This document shows positions 37,222 to 52,589 of a stretch of DNA of 64,000 nucleotides, piece by piece. The stretch lies in the NCBI RefSeq assembly GCF_009914755.1, contig NC_060938.1, one strand, 5' to 3'. This stretch comes from the human T2T-CHM13v2.0 reference genome, Homo sapiens. Positions within the stretch are counted from its first letter, which is position 1, and each line of letters begins with the position of its first letter. The notes beneath the pieces were generated by a model that saw nothing but the letters and a program-made list of their open reading frames with translations, was not told where the DNA came from and did not search any database. The translations under genes and the position numbers were made by a program.

Positions 37222-38339
37222 TTTCTCATGGCGCCCTGCCCCAAGGGAAGTATTTGTCCCCTTCTGATGGAGAGTCCCTATACTTAGGGGCTCCACACTA
37301 CATCTGGACCCAAGAAATTACCTTCCACTTCTTGCTGTAAGTCAAGGGGCAACTTTCTCCAAATCCTGCCCACTCACCCACCCTAAGGCCCTTTTCCCCT
37401 CAGGGTCCCAGCGAGCCTCCGAGAGACTTTTCCAGCCCAATCTCCTTCATGGCTCCCTGAGAGATCAGAGGCCACAGGAGCACCCCAGGCCCAGAGCAGC
37501 CCCCAGGAAAGCTGTTCTTTCTCTTCCCATAGCCACTGAGTGCTAACTCCCGCAGCGCTGTGGCCCGGGGTCTCCTGGATCTGGGATGTGACCGTTTTTT
37601 CTTTCTCCTTGGTGTTTAATCACGGCTCCTTCGCGCATGCTTTCCTTTCGGATTTAGTGCCCCTGGTGGGATCTCAGGGGTCTGGTCTTACTGTTGAATA
37701 GCAAGGAGCTCCAGGAGAGGAGGGGGAAGAGGTATCGGGGGCAGAAAGGGAAAGTTATGCAGAACAAGATGTGGCCATCACAGAGGGTCAGAAAGGAGAG
37801 CTCGATGGAGGGACTACTTACAAAGGCGGAGGGAACCAGCATGGGATGGAGCTGCACACTGGCAGCAGGGGCAGCTGGGAGCTCTTATCCCTAATCAGGG
37901 GCTGGCACTAACCCTCCATCACCAGCCTCAAGGGGCAAGTGCAGTGACTGGTAGGAGAATAGAGTTACTGCCACCTGCAGCCTGCTGGTGCCTCCCATTG
38001 GCGAAGCCCCATCAGAAGCCAGTGGGCAGGGGGTAGTCCCATGAGGGAGCCTCCAGGGTGCAGGGCAGGGTAGGGAATATTAGCTAGTACAGAGGGGAAG
38101 ACAACTCACTGGGGTGCCCACGGTTAACCCCACAGGGCTGAAGGCAACCATGGATCCCAAGTAGCTCTCCAAAGACTGGAGTGTGTCCCTGTAGAAGAAT
38201 CCCACTCAGGGCTTGAGTGGCCCCAAAGTGGATTCACCCACCCCAGGCAGGAACCTGGAAGTTGTTTGGGGCCCTTCCTTCCTCCCTCCCTCATCCTCCT
38301 GCCTGTGTGTCACTTTCCCTTCACCTTGCCTGCATTTAC

Positions 38340-38480
38340 TCCTCCCAACAATTCTATGAGATGGGGAGAGTAAGGTATGATGAGGCCAAGTCCCTTGCCC
38401 GATGTCACCCATCCGGCCAGTGATGGAGCCAGGATTTGAACCCAGTGCCCATCCACCTGCTTAACTACTGGGCTGCACTG
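38340..38480 (-). mobile_element. MIR
   Basis: cttgcccgatgtcacc...gagccaggatttgaacccag. Confidence 0.7.
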
Positions 38481-40399
38481 CCTCACAGATTAGCTATGGA
38501 GCTGTCCCCAGGCCTGCTCTCCCACCAGCCACTGCCTCCAGCCACCCTTGCCTTCTCTGGGCTCAGCGCACACCTCCCTCTGCACCCCCAAGATGCCCTG
38601 AATCTTTCAAATGCTTCTTTGCCTCCTATTTAAAGCATGATCATTGTAGGATCTGAGAAAAAAACGTTCGAGGCCTTATACATCAAAAAGATGATGATGG
38701 CTCCTCTCCACCCTTTCATATATAATTAAATGCAAAAAATAAATACATAAAATAAGGGTAAAAAATGTCAGTAAGTCCTGATTTATCCTCAGAGATTTAC
38801 TTTGATAATTTTGGAGGCAAATATCAAGTATGAAGTTCTTCCTAAACAATTTTTTCTCATTTTTTTTGGGTAGGGAGGGTGCTCCTGTTGAGTGGATGCT
38901 CAGTTGCCTGCTCAGTTTATCTATCGGGTAATCCAGTTCTGGGAAGAGGCATGCAGGAGCATTTTTTTCCCTGAAAAATCACAGTATGATGTAGTCATGG
39001 GAAATATTCCCATTTCCATGGCGTGAAGCCTGCTTCAGCTGAGAGAAAGAGTTCCCTACATGGGTCAATGCCAGATGGGTCAGAATTTTGGGGGGAAATA
39101 ACCAGAAATAGAAGAAAAGGGTTTTTCTATATTCAGAATCTCTGGAAAATGTTTGGGACCAATCCACCACATCCAGCATTCTCTTGCACTCACCCAGGGG
39201 TTTAGGGGTTTATAGCCATTGAATGCGAGATGCTTGGAAGTGAAGTTGTGAAGGGATGTCTAAACTTTCTGTTAACTCCAGATCAGTCTCATCATTTTAC
39301 AGATGGGAAACAACAGCCAAGATTCCTTTCCTCCAAACCACCCATCTGAGTGAGGTGCGAGGACTCTCAGAGCTTCCCTTGAGTCTTACAGAGAAGATAT
39401 GTGTGGCACCAGGGATTCCCCAAGGAAAATGAACAAACTTTGTTATAAGGCTGGAAGGTGGTTCCAATGTGCCAAGGCACTTTGCAAAGCTGCAGTGCTT
39501 GCATGGATGAGGGGGCCACTGTTTCTTCCCCTCCTCCACCCAGCAGAGCTAATCTCTCTCTCCTGGTTTGAGCTTTGTGAGGTCCTGTACAGAGAGCAAT
39601 GTAATTATTAGTTTGACTCAAGCGAGGGCAGGGATACAGCACGATTCACTTCTGCCTCCAGCATCTCTCACCACGATGGTCACATGGAGGTTCTTGGAGG
39701 GCTGCTGACCAACCACAGCATAGAGTCGCTTCTGAACCAGTACCCAAGAATTCCAGGTTCCATGTTTAAGAACAGCCAAGGTCAGGGACTCAGTCCAAAA
39801 TTCTGCAACAGCTTCCTGAGAGGAGAGACCTTCATGGTATGAAAGCCATTTTGGTAGGGGTGGGAAACACTTCTGCTATTTTCTAGGGTGGCACCAATGT
39901 GTTTGAGGTCTTCAAGATGGAAAGGCTTGAATGGTTTGCATTACTGACCCTTGGGCTAGTCCTGGTTTGATCTCTGCATGAAGAACTGAGGCCAAGAGAG
40001 AAGGAATTCAAATCCACCAGGCTGATTTTCCTTTGTTACAGAAATGTCTTGAAAGGACAGTGTACACAGAAGGGGATGAATGTTGAAGTATTCAGTTAAT
40101 TGTTCTTGTCCTTGAAGTAACTGTTAAAAAATTGTATAGACTTAATTTATTTGGTAGAGCAGTTTTTGGTTTGTGAATTGAGCAGAAAGTACAAAGAGTT
40201 CCCATGTAGCTCCTCTGTCCCTCCGCAAACTCTCCTGTCTCAGGGGAACTTTTTACATGGAGACAATACCAAATGTTCCCGTAGAAGAAAGATCGTTGGT
40301 GAGGATTTTTGATGCAAACAGGCCATTAATGGCACTCACACATTCTGATTTTTTTTTTATCAAGGTTGAGTAGAAAGCCCACTGACCTGTGAATTACTG

Positions 40400-41100
40400 A
40401 CACAGATTTGCTCGTTCATTGTCTTCAGTCATTTGACAAATATGCATTGACTTGAGCACCCTCCCTGCCCAAATGTGGGTAGCAAGCACTGAGATGAGCT
40501 GGTGAGATTTGTTCCTGCCCCCATCCAGCTCACGGTTGAGTCAAGGGTACACCTACATAGGAGCACAGAAATGCTGTAGACACAGAACATTCAGCCCTGC
40601 TTGGTGCACCAGGGAAAGAACACTTCTTGGACAAAGCAATGTCTAAGGTGAGATAGATCCAAGATAAATAAACATGGCAGAATTTACAGGACTTCATGAC
40701 TGGGATGTGTGGGATGTGGGAGAGGGGGCACCCTAAAAGGAGAACTTGGGCAACTGAGTGAATGGCACTATTCACGAAGGCAGGGGGCACTGGTGAGCAG
40801 GCTTGGAGGGAAGGGGGAGCTTTCAACTTCAGGGACAGGTGTCGGAGATGTCTGCTAGGACTATGAGTACCAGAGGCATTTAGTGCCCGAGTTGGAGGTC
40901 AGAAGAGGATTCTTGTTCAGATTTTGATCTGGAAGGCGTTATCTGATAGACGGCAGGTGGAGTCAGGTGAGGCCACCAGGAAGTGTGCATTGAATAGAAC
41001 GACAACAACGTAGGTGAGGCTAGACTCTGAGCACACCAATGTGTAATGGCAGGAAGATGTAAGGAGTAAGTGGGTCGGCCACTAGGCCTGCAGTGGCAGG
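40400..41100. mobile_element. L2 fragments
   Basis: ttgggcaactgagtgaatggcactattcac, gttggaggtcagaagag, ctctgagcacaccaatgt. Confidence 0.55.
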
Positions 41101-42404
41101 AGCAAAGTGATTGTGCAAAGGCCCAGGGCAGAGTGGCAGTGGCAGGCTCTCCTGGGTATGTGCAGTTCCAGAAAGAGCCCAATGGGAGGCTGAGACAGCA
41201 GAGGACGGCTGGTGGAGACATCAGGTTCTGACCCAGCTGAGAAAGACCACAGTCCACCAGCCTTAGATGTCAGCAGCAAAATCCAACAAAATGCTCAAAG
41301 ATGGAACTAGATGTGATGGCTTCAGGAGATGCACCTGCCAAAATGCCCGCGTCTCTCTTCCTGTCCCTGGATTGTGAAGGGGAGGATGAGAGGAATCTGA
41401 AACACTGAACAATTAGCCAAATTACACCTCAAAGAACTGATGAACTTGTTGAATTTGGATTACATTTAGTTTTAAAGCAGTTTGCTTTCAATGCATTCAC
41501 AGTGCCTTTGCTACCCGGCAAGCTGAGAATGGGACCACTGAGTATGGTTCATAGCTGTGCAGTGCCCAGCCAGTGCTTCTGAGCAACGTGGCTGTGTTTA
41601 TACATCTGAGTGTGAGTACTCTTGGGCCACTTCCTCGTTTATTGATAGGTTGGCCACCTCACTCACTGTCTTACAAGCTTCATTGAAACAGAAGTCTCTA
41701 CTGCATTGGGAGCACCTGCTACAGTGCCAGGCATGTGGAGTGCACAGTAATTCCTTATGGAATGAGTGAGTGCCTCAGACAGAGAGCTATCTAGGTTCTG
41801 CTTGCAGACTTTTTTCCTTCTTGGGGAGTTCTATTCTACACAAAGTAGCTCATTCCTTTTTTCTAAACATTAGAGAGTTCCATTTGTTGGAACCTTAATT
41901 GGACCTATTATAATTCTTGTCTGGTTTTGTCCACTGGAGCAATAAAGGAAAATGCTTATCTTACTTCTGGAGTTTCTTCAGCTCCTGGGTTCAGCCCTCA
42001 ACTATTCCTCAGCAGGTTCCTTCATCAGAATCAGGACAAAGCCCCCCACGATGAAATTCCCAGGAATATTGCTGAAAGGGGTATTTATCTTCCACCATGG
42101 GCTCACCAAGAACTGCCCAGCCTGGACTATCCCTGATGACAAATTAGTGGGCAGAAAAGCATGAGGTGACATTCCATTTAAAGGAATGTGAGGGATGAGC
42201 TAAGGGAATGAAGATCAACCAGGGGGAGAACACAGAACTGAATACTTCCCCAAATGAAAGAACCACGCTCTCCTCATTGGGCAACTTTTCTTTTGAATGT
42301 GGACAGAGCTTGCAACAAAGTCTCAAAGCAAGGCCGCTGCATACACTCTCTCCTCTCAGCAAATAAGAGTGGGTCTCCGAGAAAACCATCTGATGCTGGC
42401 ATAA

Positions 42405-42773
<369 letters not shown>

Positions 42774-45039
42774 CACTGCAGTTTCTATTGAGCACCTATT
42801 TTCTCCCCAGTGGGTGCTTCAGACTAGTAGAGATAGAAAAGAAACCCTTGTTCCTCCCTGAAGGGAGTCTACAACTCATCTTGGCAGACAAGGTTGAGTT
42901 TGAAATAATTGGTATCTGGCTAAAATGCTCAGGTTGGTGGAGGGAGAAGTTGAGTGACCCCAGGACAAGCCCTAGTCTTCTTCAATCTCCTCTGTAATCA
43001 GTGGATAATCTTGGCATGCCGAAGACTTCTGTCTTTTCTATGAAAGCCCGCTTGCCCTCTGTTTACACCATGGATGGTGTCTTACTCAACCCTGTGTCCC
43101 TAACACTTGGCACAGGTGGCACACCTCCCAGATCCTCGGGGCACATATGCAGAAAGATAAATGAGAGAGTGTGTCAACTTGGGGCACCACTAAAGAGAAG
43201 AATGAAACCGAAAGACTTTCTTATGTTTCTTTACACCTATTAGGAGGCTGGAGAGAACATTTTAGGTCTCAATATATACTTTCCGAAAAATCAAATGAAT
43301 CACAGGACACTCAAGTGCAGCCGGCATTTCATTTTCATCATGGCAGCTCCCTCCTTCTATGCATAGGGGATTTCTTTTCCAAGTTGTCATCTTCCTTCTC
43401 CAAAACTAGGTAGAAGGCAGCTCCTTGGGAATTGTGTTGGATGAGGTTGTGTGTTCCTGAGAACATTGCTGGGCAGGTCGACTGCCATCCTTTTTCAGCT
43501 GCTTACAGAAGGAACATGGCTGGGTCTTCCCCTGGTCTTTGTCTCTGCTGTGGACTGTGATAGTCGAGTCTTGCATTTGGCGGAATCCACAATGGCTGTC
43601 ACCCAGGCAGGCCTGTCTGGGACCAGTGATGAGCTAGTGCTGAGGGACACTGCATGTTTTCTCTTTTGTAGACAGAAGGTGGTCATACCTCCTCTCACTA
43701 TGCCCAGGCCTGGGACAATGCAGGAGGACCCTAGTGGCCTGAAATCTATGTTGGCTTGTCACTTAATTGACAATAGAAGAAATTTATGAACTGGCAAAAA
43801 AAAAAAAAAAAATGCTACTGCTTAAAATAACCACAAACCATTAGACATACCTCACATTGAAAGCTGAGCATTACCGCTCACACAATGACAGCATCCGTAA
43901 GAGGGTGCCAGATGTGTGTGTGGGGAGCTTGCGTGCGTGGATCTGGTTCTCATTCTTTGTGTAGCATCGGACCCAATAACTTTTTTTTTTTTCATTTTCA
44001 CTGGACACTTATTTTATTCCTTCGGTTTTCTGGCCAGCTGTTGTTCATGGCTCTTTCTGTCCTATAGAATGCGGATATAGTCATTGAAACCCTAAGTTAC
44101 CTAGTCGAAACCCCAAGTGAAACCCCAAGTTACCTAGGAAGGGAAGGTACAAGGACAAGGAAGGGTAGGGAGGGAGCCGCGTCTAGAGCAAGGCCCATGG
44201 GGGCCAGCACCCTGGGTGACCACAGCCATCCTCAGTAGACTTTAAACAACAACCTACTGAATGAATGCATGAAAATTGAGGACAAAATTCGTAATCAAGA
44301 TTCTACACCCTCTACTAAATATTTTCATTTTTGAATGTTATGTTCTAGTGGGTTATATTGAATTTTTATTGTTTTCCATTTATCAAAAGCTTTATTTGCC
44401 ACCTTGCATCCTAGAAATCTTAACATAGACCTGGGTTATATGATAACCATGACTGTTAGTGATAGAATATTCTGTGAGGAGGAAGTGACATCATCTAGGC
44501 AAATATTTCTAGATTTGGCAGAATTTAGAATCTTTTCAATTTTCAGTGATGATAAATTCTAAAACGCACAACCTAGTGCATATAACGTTTTAACTTCAGC
44601 AGAACTTTTTATGTTGAGAAGTTTACATTTTGTCATGAGTAGCATTAAGCTTCGATACATATTGCTAAGCTCCCTTCTAAAAGAGCATTTTCAACCGATC
44701 TTGACACATCCTACCAGCACTGTCTGTCAATGTTCTATAATTAGATGGAGGTGATGGTTGCACAACTCTGTAAATATACTAAAAATGTTCAATTTTATGC
44801 TTAAAACAGGCACATTTTATGGTATATAAGTTATATCTCAATAAAACTTACAGAATTGTTATAGGATAAAAAGAATGTCTTTCTTAAGTAGCTACACCTT
44901 TGGAATAATTTTAGGATGGTTTAATTCTCTACCATTTCATTTGACATTTTATGTTATGCTGAAATGTGATTACTCAACCCAAAATGTATGCTTTTCATTA
45001 AATGTAGAAAGCACATCTTATGCAAACATATCCACTGCT

Positions 45040-45260
45040 TCAGTTGAGAGTGATAAAATCTATGTTCAAATCCTGGTCATTTACTAGCTATGAGACCTGA
45101 ACCATGCTTGTTTTTTTTTTTCCTTTTGCTTCTCAGTTTTCTCATCTGCAAAATGGGGCTAATAACTCTTTTCCTGCCTACTTCTGGTGGTTTTGAGGGA
45201 GAATTAATTAAGTCAACTGCAGATGCAGGCGGTCTGTGATGTGGTACATGAGTGCCTGCC
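45040..45260 (+). mobile_element. MIR
   Basis: gttcaaatcctgg...ctcagttttctcatctgcaaaatgggg. Confidence 0.8.
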
Positions 45261-45496
45261 GGGTCTTTGGAACCAAGGCACCACTCCAGGTGGTGATGGA
45301 AGAATCCTAGGAAGGACACACAAAAGAAACTTCTGATACAAAGGAGTCAGAACAAGTGACACGTTCAGAAAAGTCATACGGGTGAGTGGGTACAAAAATT
45401 CTTAATGTAATAGAAGGAAAACACATGAAGTGCCACCCATTTCTTTAGGCACCCACAAGGCAGTGATAACAATACACTTGCCACAGCTACAGATTA

Positions 45497-45794
<298 letters not shown>

Positions 45795-47307
45795 TGGATT
45801 TCGTAGGGTCAGCACTATCAGTTATTGCTAATCCTCATGGCAGCAATATAGGGAAGGAGGTTTTCTATCTCCACTTTCCTGATGAAGGCACTGAGGCTCT
45901 CAAAGGGTAAATCGCTTGCTGATGGTTATCGAGCTGGTATACTCCCCAAACCCTGAGTGTTTTGCCCTATCAGCTGCCATTAGCTCAAAAACCTCTACTG
46001 TGTCTCCATTGCCTGTTTATACCCTAACTGAGAAACAGGGAGAAATAGGGGAGTTCTCAAAGCAGCCCAATGAGACACTACCCAGCATTTATGTCTCATG
46101 TTGGAAGAGAACATCTGATAATGCACTCTGCTTCACAAAAGACCACAGTGAGCTTGATGCTGGGTTTACAGGCGAGGGCTGCCTGAAGCTGGCAGGCGTT
46201 GGTGCTTGTAGGCCTGTGCCCAGCTAAAAAGCTGGATACTGTTTTATGCACCTTTAATGAGCCTGCAGATTCTTCCAGGCCTGGGGCCATGGCCTGAGTT
46301 TCAGCCATAGAAGTTCCTCCTCATTCTCCTCTTCTTTCTCCAGAGCTGATGATCATAATTTCTATACTGTGGGTGTCCTGAATCCCTGATTTTCCCCCCT
46401 GCCTGGGCAGGCCTTAAATTTGGGCAAAGGTCTTGGAAGCTGGGGCTGAGTTCACGTGCGGTAGGACTTGCTCAGCCACCAGCTACTGGTAATGCACCCA
46501 GACAGGGCTCTGGTACTGTGTCTGGGCGGAGAAGTAGGACTCTGAGGTCAGACAGGCCCATTTCAGGTTTATAGCTTCGTGAACTTGAACAAGTACTGAC
46601 CTTTCCTAAACCTCAGCGTAAATTGCTCCTGGGGAGATTCAAGATAACGCATGTGGAGGAAAGAAGTAAGGATCTTCTATGTCTGAACTCCAGGTGATAA
46701 GCCAAACAGACAGGGATCCCCAAAACATCAGTTTGAGGGAGCTGGCCAGAGGCTCAAAGAGCAGGAAGCAAGAATGAGACAGCAACAGGTCAGGGATGGC
46801 AGCAGCAGACCGCGACCTTCTCTGCTACCTTTCCCACATTGCTGCAGCCAGTGTAATCTTTGAGAAGAATGCAGGTAATAATTTACAGTTAATCACTTAT
46901 TGAGTATGCCTACAATAAGGCAGGCTCTATTCTAAGTTCTTGACATGGGCTAACATTATGAAGTTGGTTAAAATTATTACCACCCTTTTAATGATGGAGC
47001 GACTGAGACACAGAGTGGGTTCGGAAACTTACAAGCAGGATTCTGTGGTCTAGCTCTTGCCCGGATCTCCTGCCCCTTCCCACCCCTGCCCCCAGGCATT
47101 TTCTAGTTCCTCACACTGGCCAAGCTGTTTTCTGCTACAGTTTCTTCTTTGCAGTTACAGTTTCCTTCTGTCAGGAACACCCTCCCTCCCACCTCATTCT
47201 CCTGCTCAGCTTCTACACATATACCCCAGAAACACCTACCTCATCTCCCTGATGGAAACCCAGCTCCTTGGTTACATGTATACCCAGTACTTTTCCTTTA
47301 TGATGTT

Positions 47308-47805
47308 TGTGGTGGGCTAAGTGTGGTTGCTGTTCTCTGACACTGCTCCTGCTGTGAAGAGGAGTCAACTTCTCTTCTGCTGAATCTGGGCCAGTCTGTG
47401 ATTGCTTTAACCAGTAGAGTATGGTAGAAATGGCACTGTGCCAGTTCTAAGCCTGGACTTCCAGAGGACTAGAAGCTTCCACTGTGGTCTTCTGGAGCCC
47501 TGAGTAGACCATGTAGAGAGACCATGAGATGAAAAGAAGAGGGACCCAGTTGGGTTCAACCTTCCAGCCATCCCTGCCAAGGTACCAGGCCTGTGAGTAA
47601 AGTTGTTTTGGTTGTTCCACTCCATCCAGCTGCTTGCTGAATACCATCCAGTAATCCCAGTTGATGCCACACAGAACAGAAGAGTTGCCCAGCTGAGCCC
47701 TGCCCAAATTGCTCACCCACAAAACCATGAGATATAACAAAATGGTTGTTGTTATTGTAAATCGCTCAGTTTTGGGGTGTTTTTATGTGCATCAATAGGT
47801 AATCC
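47308..47805 (+). mobile_element. MLT1G/H-like MaLR LTR
   Basis: ttccagccatccctgccaaggtaccaggc, gcccagctgagccctgcccaaattgc...aaaccatgag. Confidence 0.75.
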
Positions 47806-48089
47806 ACCCATTGCTGACATTATACTTTATAATTACATACTGAGACACATGGCTATTGAGTGTCTGTCTCTGTTCTCTTTCTGCCCTTGACTTTAGGCTC
47901 CACTAGCGCTAGAGACTTTTCTCTTTTTAATTCTATGTCCCAGCATCGAGCACATAACAGACACTCAAAAAAAGTTTGCTGAGCTATGTCATTCAGAACT
48001 CTATTGTTTATAAAGCTTTTTTATATTTACCATCTCTTTTGATCCTTACAGAAAGTCTACAAGGTTGTTTTTTATAATTATCCTCATGT

Positions 48090-48470
48090 TAGATTAACTC
48101 AACAAATATCTATTGAATTTCTACTATAAGCCTATTACTGTTCTAATCACCGTGGCTACAGCCATCAACAAGGCAGCCAAATCTCTGCCCCGTGGGCTCA
48201 TGTTCTAGTGAAGAAAATGGGTAGGAAACAGTGTCGCCTGATTTGTGAGGTACCAATCAGTGCTGTGAAGACCACAACAAGAGTAAGGAGATAAAGAGAT
48301 GCCTCACTGGGAAAGGTGGCAGTTCTAGACGAGGTGCTCAAGGAATGCCTCTCCAAAGAGATGCATTTGAGTGAGACCTTAATGAACTGAGAGAGTAAAG
48401 CAGGCTGATATTTGGTGGAAGAGCTTTACTGACAGAGAGAGTGCAAAGGCCCTGAGGCAGGAACATGAAC
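48090..48470. mobile_element. L2 fragment
   Basis: caacaaatatctattgaatttctactat...gtgcaaaggccctgaggcagga. Confidence 0.7.
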
Positions 48471-48492
48471 CCAGAGACTCTTACTGTCTTGC

Positions 48493-48958
48493 TGTGGGAG
48501 GCTGAAAAACAGCCCCGCTTCCCCCTCTGGATATCCAGGTCCTAATTTTTGGAACTTGGGATTGTTACCTAATATGGCATAGGGGTGATTTGGTTAAGGA
48601 TCTTGAGATGGGGAGATGATCCTGAAATATCCAGAGGGGTCCAAGGTCATCATAAGAGGTTTTATAGAGGGAAACTGAGGGACATTGGGCACACAGGGGA
48701 GAGGTGATGTGATGACAGAAGTTGAAGCAATGCAAGTGCAGGAATGCGGGCAGTCTCTAGAAGCTTGAAAAGGCAAGGAAACACATTCCCCCTAGAACTT
48801 CCAGAAGGAACCAGCCCTGAAGACACCTGGACTTTAGGCCAGGGAAACCGATTTTGAAATTCTGACCTCCAGAACTGTATACAAGAGGATAAACTTGTGT
48901 TGCTTGAAGCCATCAGGTTTATGGGAATCTGTAACAGTGGCCCTAGAAAACTGATACA
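48493..48958 (+). mobile_element. MLT1D solo LTR
   Basis: ttaaggatcttgagatggggagatgatcctg, ctagaagcttgaaaaggcaaggaaac, ends ctgataca; near TSD cttgc/cgtgc. Confidence 0.85.
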
Positions 48959-49479
48959 CGTGCCCAAGACCACAAGGACCTCCGGGTGTGTAATAGACAA
49001 CTCTGAGTTCTCACCTATCTATCTCAGCGTTGGTGACGTCTTGGGGGAAGGCAGGCTTCTATCCCCTGGAAGGCCCTGGCACAGCTTATGTGTTGTTAGG
49101 TGTTGAAGTACTTCTTTACTGTTTGGAAGATAGCTATGCTGTGATAGCTCCCTTGGCTGCCCTGGAACCCGCCTGGGGAATCCCCTTGACTTAGCAACTA
49201 AAGGGTTAATGCCTGACGAGGGGAAGGGGCACTGGGGGTCAGCTCTGGCACAACGCCAGGGCTCATTCTGCTTGATCTTCATCCTGTCTGCCAGTTGCTA
49301 AATATTTTGGATTTTTGGATGTCTCCCTGGGGTTAAGGCGTGTTCTGCAGATGGTCCCACCAGATCTCTCAGGCTGGGCTGCCCAGAAGTCCTGAGCTGC
49401 TCCATTCCATGCCCAGAGCCAAAGGACAAACCCTGTCCTGCTGACTCCCAGCAGCTGGCTCATTTTTTAACAAAAGGTT

Positions 49480-50005
49480 TAAATTCATACCTAATAATTG
49501 TACATATTTATGGAGCACAATGCGATGTTTCAATACATGCATACCATATGCAATAATCAAATCAGGGTAAGTAGCATATCCAACACCTCAAACATTTATC
49601 ATTTCCTTGTGCTGTGAACACAAAATGTCTTCTAGCTATTTTGAAATATGCAATACATTATTCTACAGGGGTACTGTAGTCACCCTAATGAGCAACAGAA
49701 CACCAGGACTTATCCTCTTAATTTGCAACTTTGTACCTCTCGACCAATTTCTCCCCATCTCCCCATCTTCTCCCCTCCAAAGTCTCTGGTAACCACTGTT
49801 CTGTTCTCTACTTCTGTGAGATCAACTTGTTTGGCTCACACATATGAGTGGGATCATGCAGAATTTATCTTTCTGTGCCTGGCTTATTTCACTTAACATA
49901 ATGTCCTCCCACTTCATCCATGTTGTAGCAAATGCCAAGATTTTCTTCTTTTTAATGGATGAATAGTATTTCCTTGTGTAAATATACCACATTTTCTTTA
50001 TCCAT
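49480..50005 (-). mobile_element. L1MA-type 3' end
   Basis: aattgtacatatttatgg...aatcaaatcagggtaag...ctgtgcctggcttatttcacttaacataatgtcctcc. Confidence 0.88.
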
Positions 50006-50356
50006 GAGATGGCCCCATGAGCTAATCAAATGCTCCTAGTTTCAGCCCCATTGAAAACAGGACCAGAATAAATAAAATGTTTGCTAAGTGGAAAAAGACC
50101 ATGAAGCAGGAAATAAGGAAACATTTTATATTCTTTTAATTTTGAGATGAATGTTGTAAACAGATTTTCTTCAAAGTCTATTAAAAGGCCCTTGCCAGCA
50201 GTGTCTCTTGCAGAGCACAGGCATAGAAAACAAGAAGTACTATTAAAAACAAACAAAACTTGACTTTTCTGTTGTTTTTGGTTGTTGTTGCTTCTAGCAG
50301 TGTTGAAGGTGTTTTGGTGAATTCACTCCTCACATGTGGAGCTGGGCTATGACTGA

Positions 50357-50635
<279 letters not shown>

Positions 50636-51137
50636 TGATGAAAGAATGAATGAATGAACTCTCACAACAATTCATTCAGCCATTTATCTAACAAGCGTTT
50701 CCAGAGTGACTCCTTTGTTCTAGGCTCTGTGCAGTTTCTGGGAATTCAGAGATGTCTAACACCCTCACCTTGTAGGGAAGGAGCTCTTGGAAGGCGTCTG
50801 GGCTATGTATGATTTGGGGAATAACATCTTGAATTAAGTATTCTAATTGTACTCCATTTTCCCCAAATATTCAAACACCAATGTTTTTTGGGGGGCTGGG
50901 AAGTTCCAACAAAGGTAAGTAGTGCCTTGCACAATGGTTGGCCCGTGGTAGATGCAGTGACAGGGAAAGCACACAGGCAGTAGAGGAAGTTGTGGCAGAC
51001 TGTGCTCTTGTTCTGGTGATAAGATTACACTTCCCATTGACATCAAATGTGGTCATGTGGCCTGCTTTGACCGCTGATGTGGGAGATGGATTGCCGTGTG
51101 CCCAGCTAGAAAGGAACTTTAAGACTTCCCTGGGCTC

Positions 51138-51244
51138 TGGAAGTTGGAGGTTGCAGTGAGCCGAGATTGACCCACTGCACTCCAGCCTGGGCAACAGAGT
51201 AACACTTCATCTCAAAAAAGGAATTAAAAAAAAAAAAAGAAAAG
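51138..51244 (+). mobile_element. 5'-truncated Alu (end of right arm plus tail) inserted in an old MLT1 LTR
   Basis: ggaggttgcagtgagccgagatt...poly-A; 17-bp TSD aagac(t/c)tccctgggctc (51121-51137 / 51245-51261) at a TTT/AAGA L1-endonuclease-like site. Confidence 0.92.
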
Positions 51245-51509
51245 AAGACCTCCCTGGGCTCCTTTCCCTCTGCTAAGACCCCACCTATCCCAGCTGGTGG
51301 CTGCTGCTTCAGCTCAGAATGAATTTTTATGGTTATAAGCCACTGAGATTTGGGACTGCTTGTTACTGCATGTTGCTTAGCTTAAGCTGTCCAATATAGA
51401 AGACTTCACAGAGGAGGCACATCTGACCCAGTCGCTGAAGGATGAACCATGGTTTTACCAGGCTGCTGGAATGTATTTGCAAAGAAACAGAGGCAAGGCA
51501 ATGGGAGCA

Positions 51510-51900
51510 TGAGTTAATTAGGATATAAGCTGACTTTCTGTTTGCAGAGAGCTAATATACTGATAGCTCAGACAGAAGAGAGGTTTATTTCTCTCAGGCT
51601 CGGCAAAATCAGTTCAGGGCTGGCATGATGGCTGCATGATGTCAGGTCCTAAGCTCCCCCTGTTTTGTTGCTGGCCCTCTCTTAGTCCACTCCCATGTCT
51701 ACGTGCTAGTCCACAGGAAAGGGGAAGAGATAAACTCCCTTATTCCTAGAGGTGGGACATATAGATTGCAAGCCTCACCTCCATTCCTTAGTCACATGGC
51801 CATCCTGAGCAGCAAGGAAGGCTGGGAAATGTAGTTTTTATTGTGAGAGCCATGTGTCCACCTATGAAGGCAGAGAGACTGAGACTGTAGGACAAACTGC
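51510..51900 (-). mobile_element. Old MLT1 (I/J-like) LTR
   Basis: ttagtcacatggccatcctgagcagcaaggaaggctgggaaatgtagt. Confidence 0.65.
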
Positions 51901-52589
51901 CCCAGTATTTTGAGGACTGGGGAATAGTCAGTGCCCTTTTAAATGATAGGATCTGTGGTGTGAGCAGGGAGTACTACAGATGCTGTCCCACTGTGCTCAT
52001 TGGAATGGATAAATATTTTTGAATCCACAAATATGTAATGGGTAATTCTGTATGTAACAGGAACACAGAACCCACATTAGCCAAATGCAAATTGCTCCTT
52101 TTAAAGTGGGGGTAGACTCTCTCTCCTTCTCACCTTCTTTCTGATCGGATCATAGACCCAGAGCTGCAGCCCATCTCCTCGGTGTCCCATAACAGAATGA
52201 TCTGCTCTTGACTAAGTGTCAAAGTGATTTTTTTTAAATGGACAGATGGTCCAGGTCACTCTCAAGATTAAATTCTCCTACGTCTTCCTGTTGCTCCTGC
52301 AGACCCCCTGTCTACCCTTCTCCCCCTGCTCAGTGCCCCAGGAACCAACCTGTGTGAAATTTCTCATGAACTTCATCAAGGAGCTTCCCTTGCTGTCTGG
52401 TTTTGGTTGGGTTTGGTCAGTGGGAGCCCTAGAGGAGATAAGAGGGAAGGAGGAAAGGGAGGTGAGGCTTTGTTTCTACACAGTAAGACAGTGTTGTAAT
52501 TTATGGGACTCAAAAAATGCACACTTATTTTTAAAAATTTTCCAAAGCAATACTATGATACCTGATTCAAGAAATATAGGAATGGAGAG

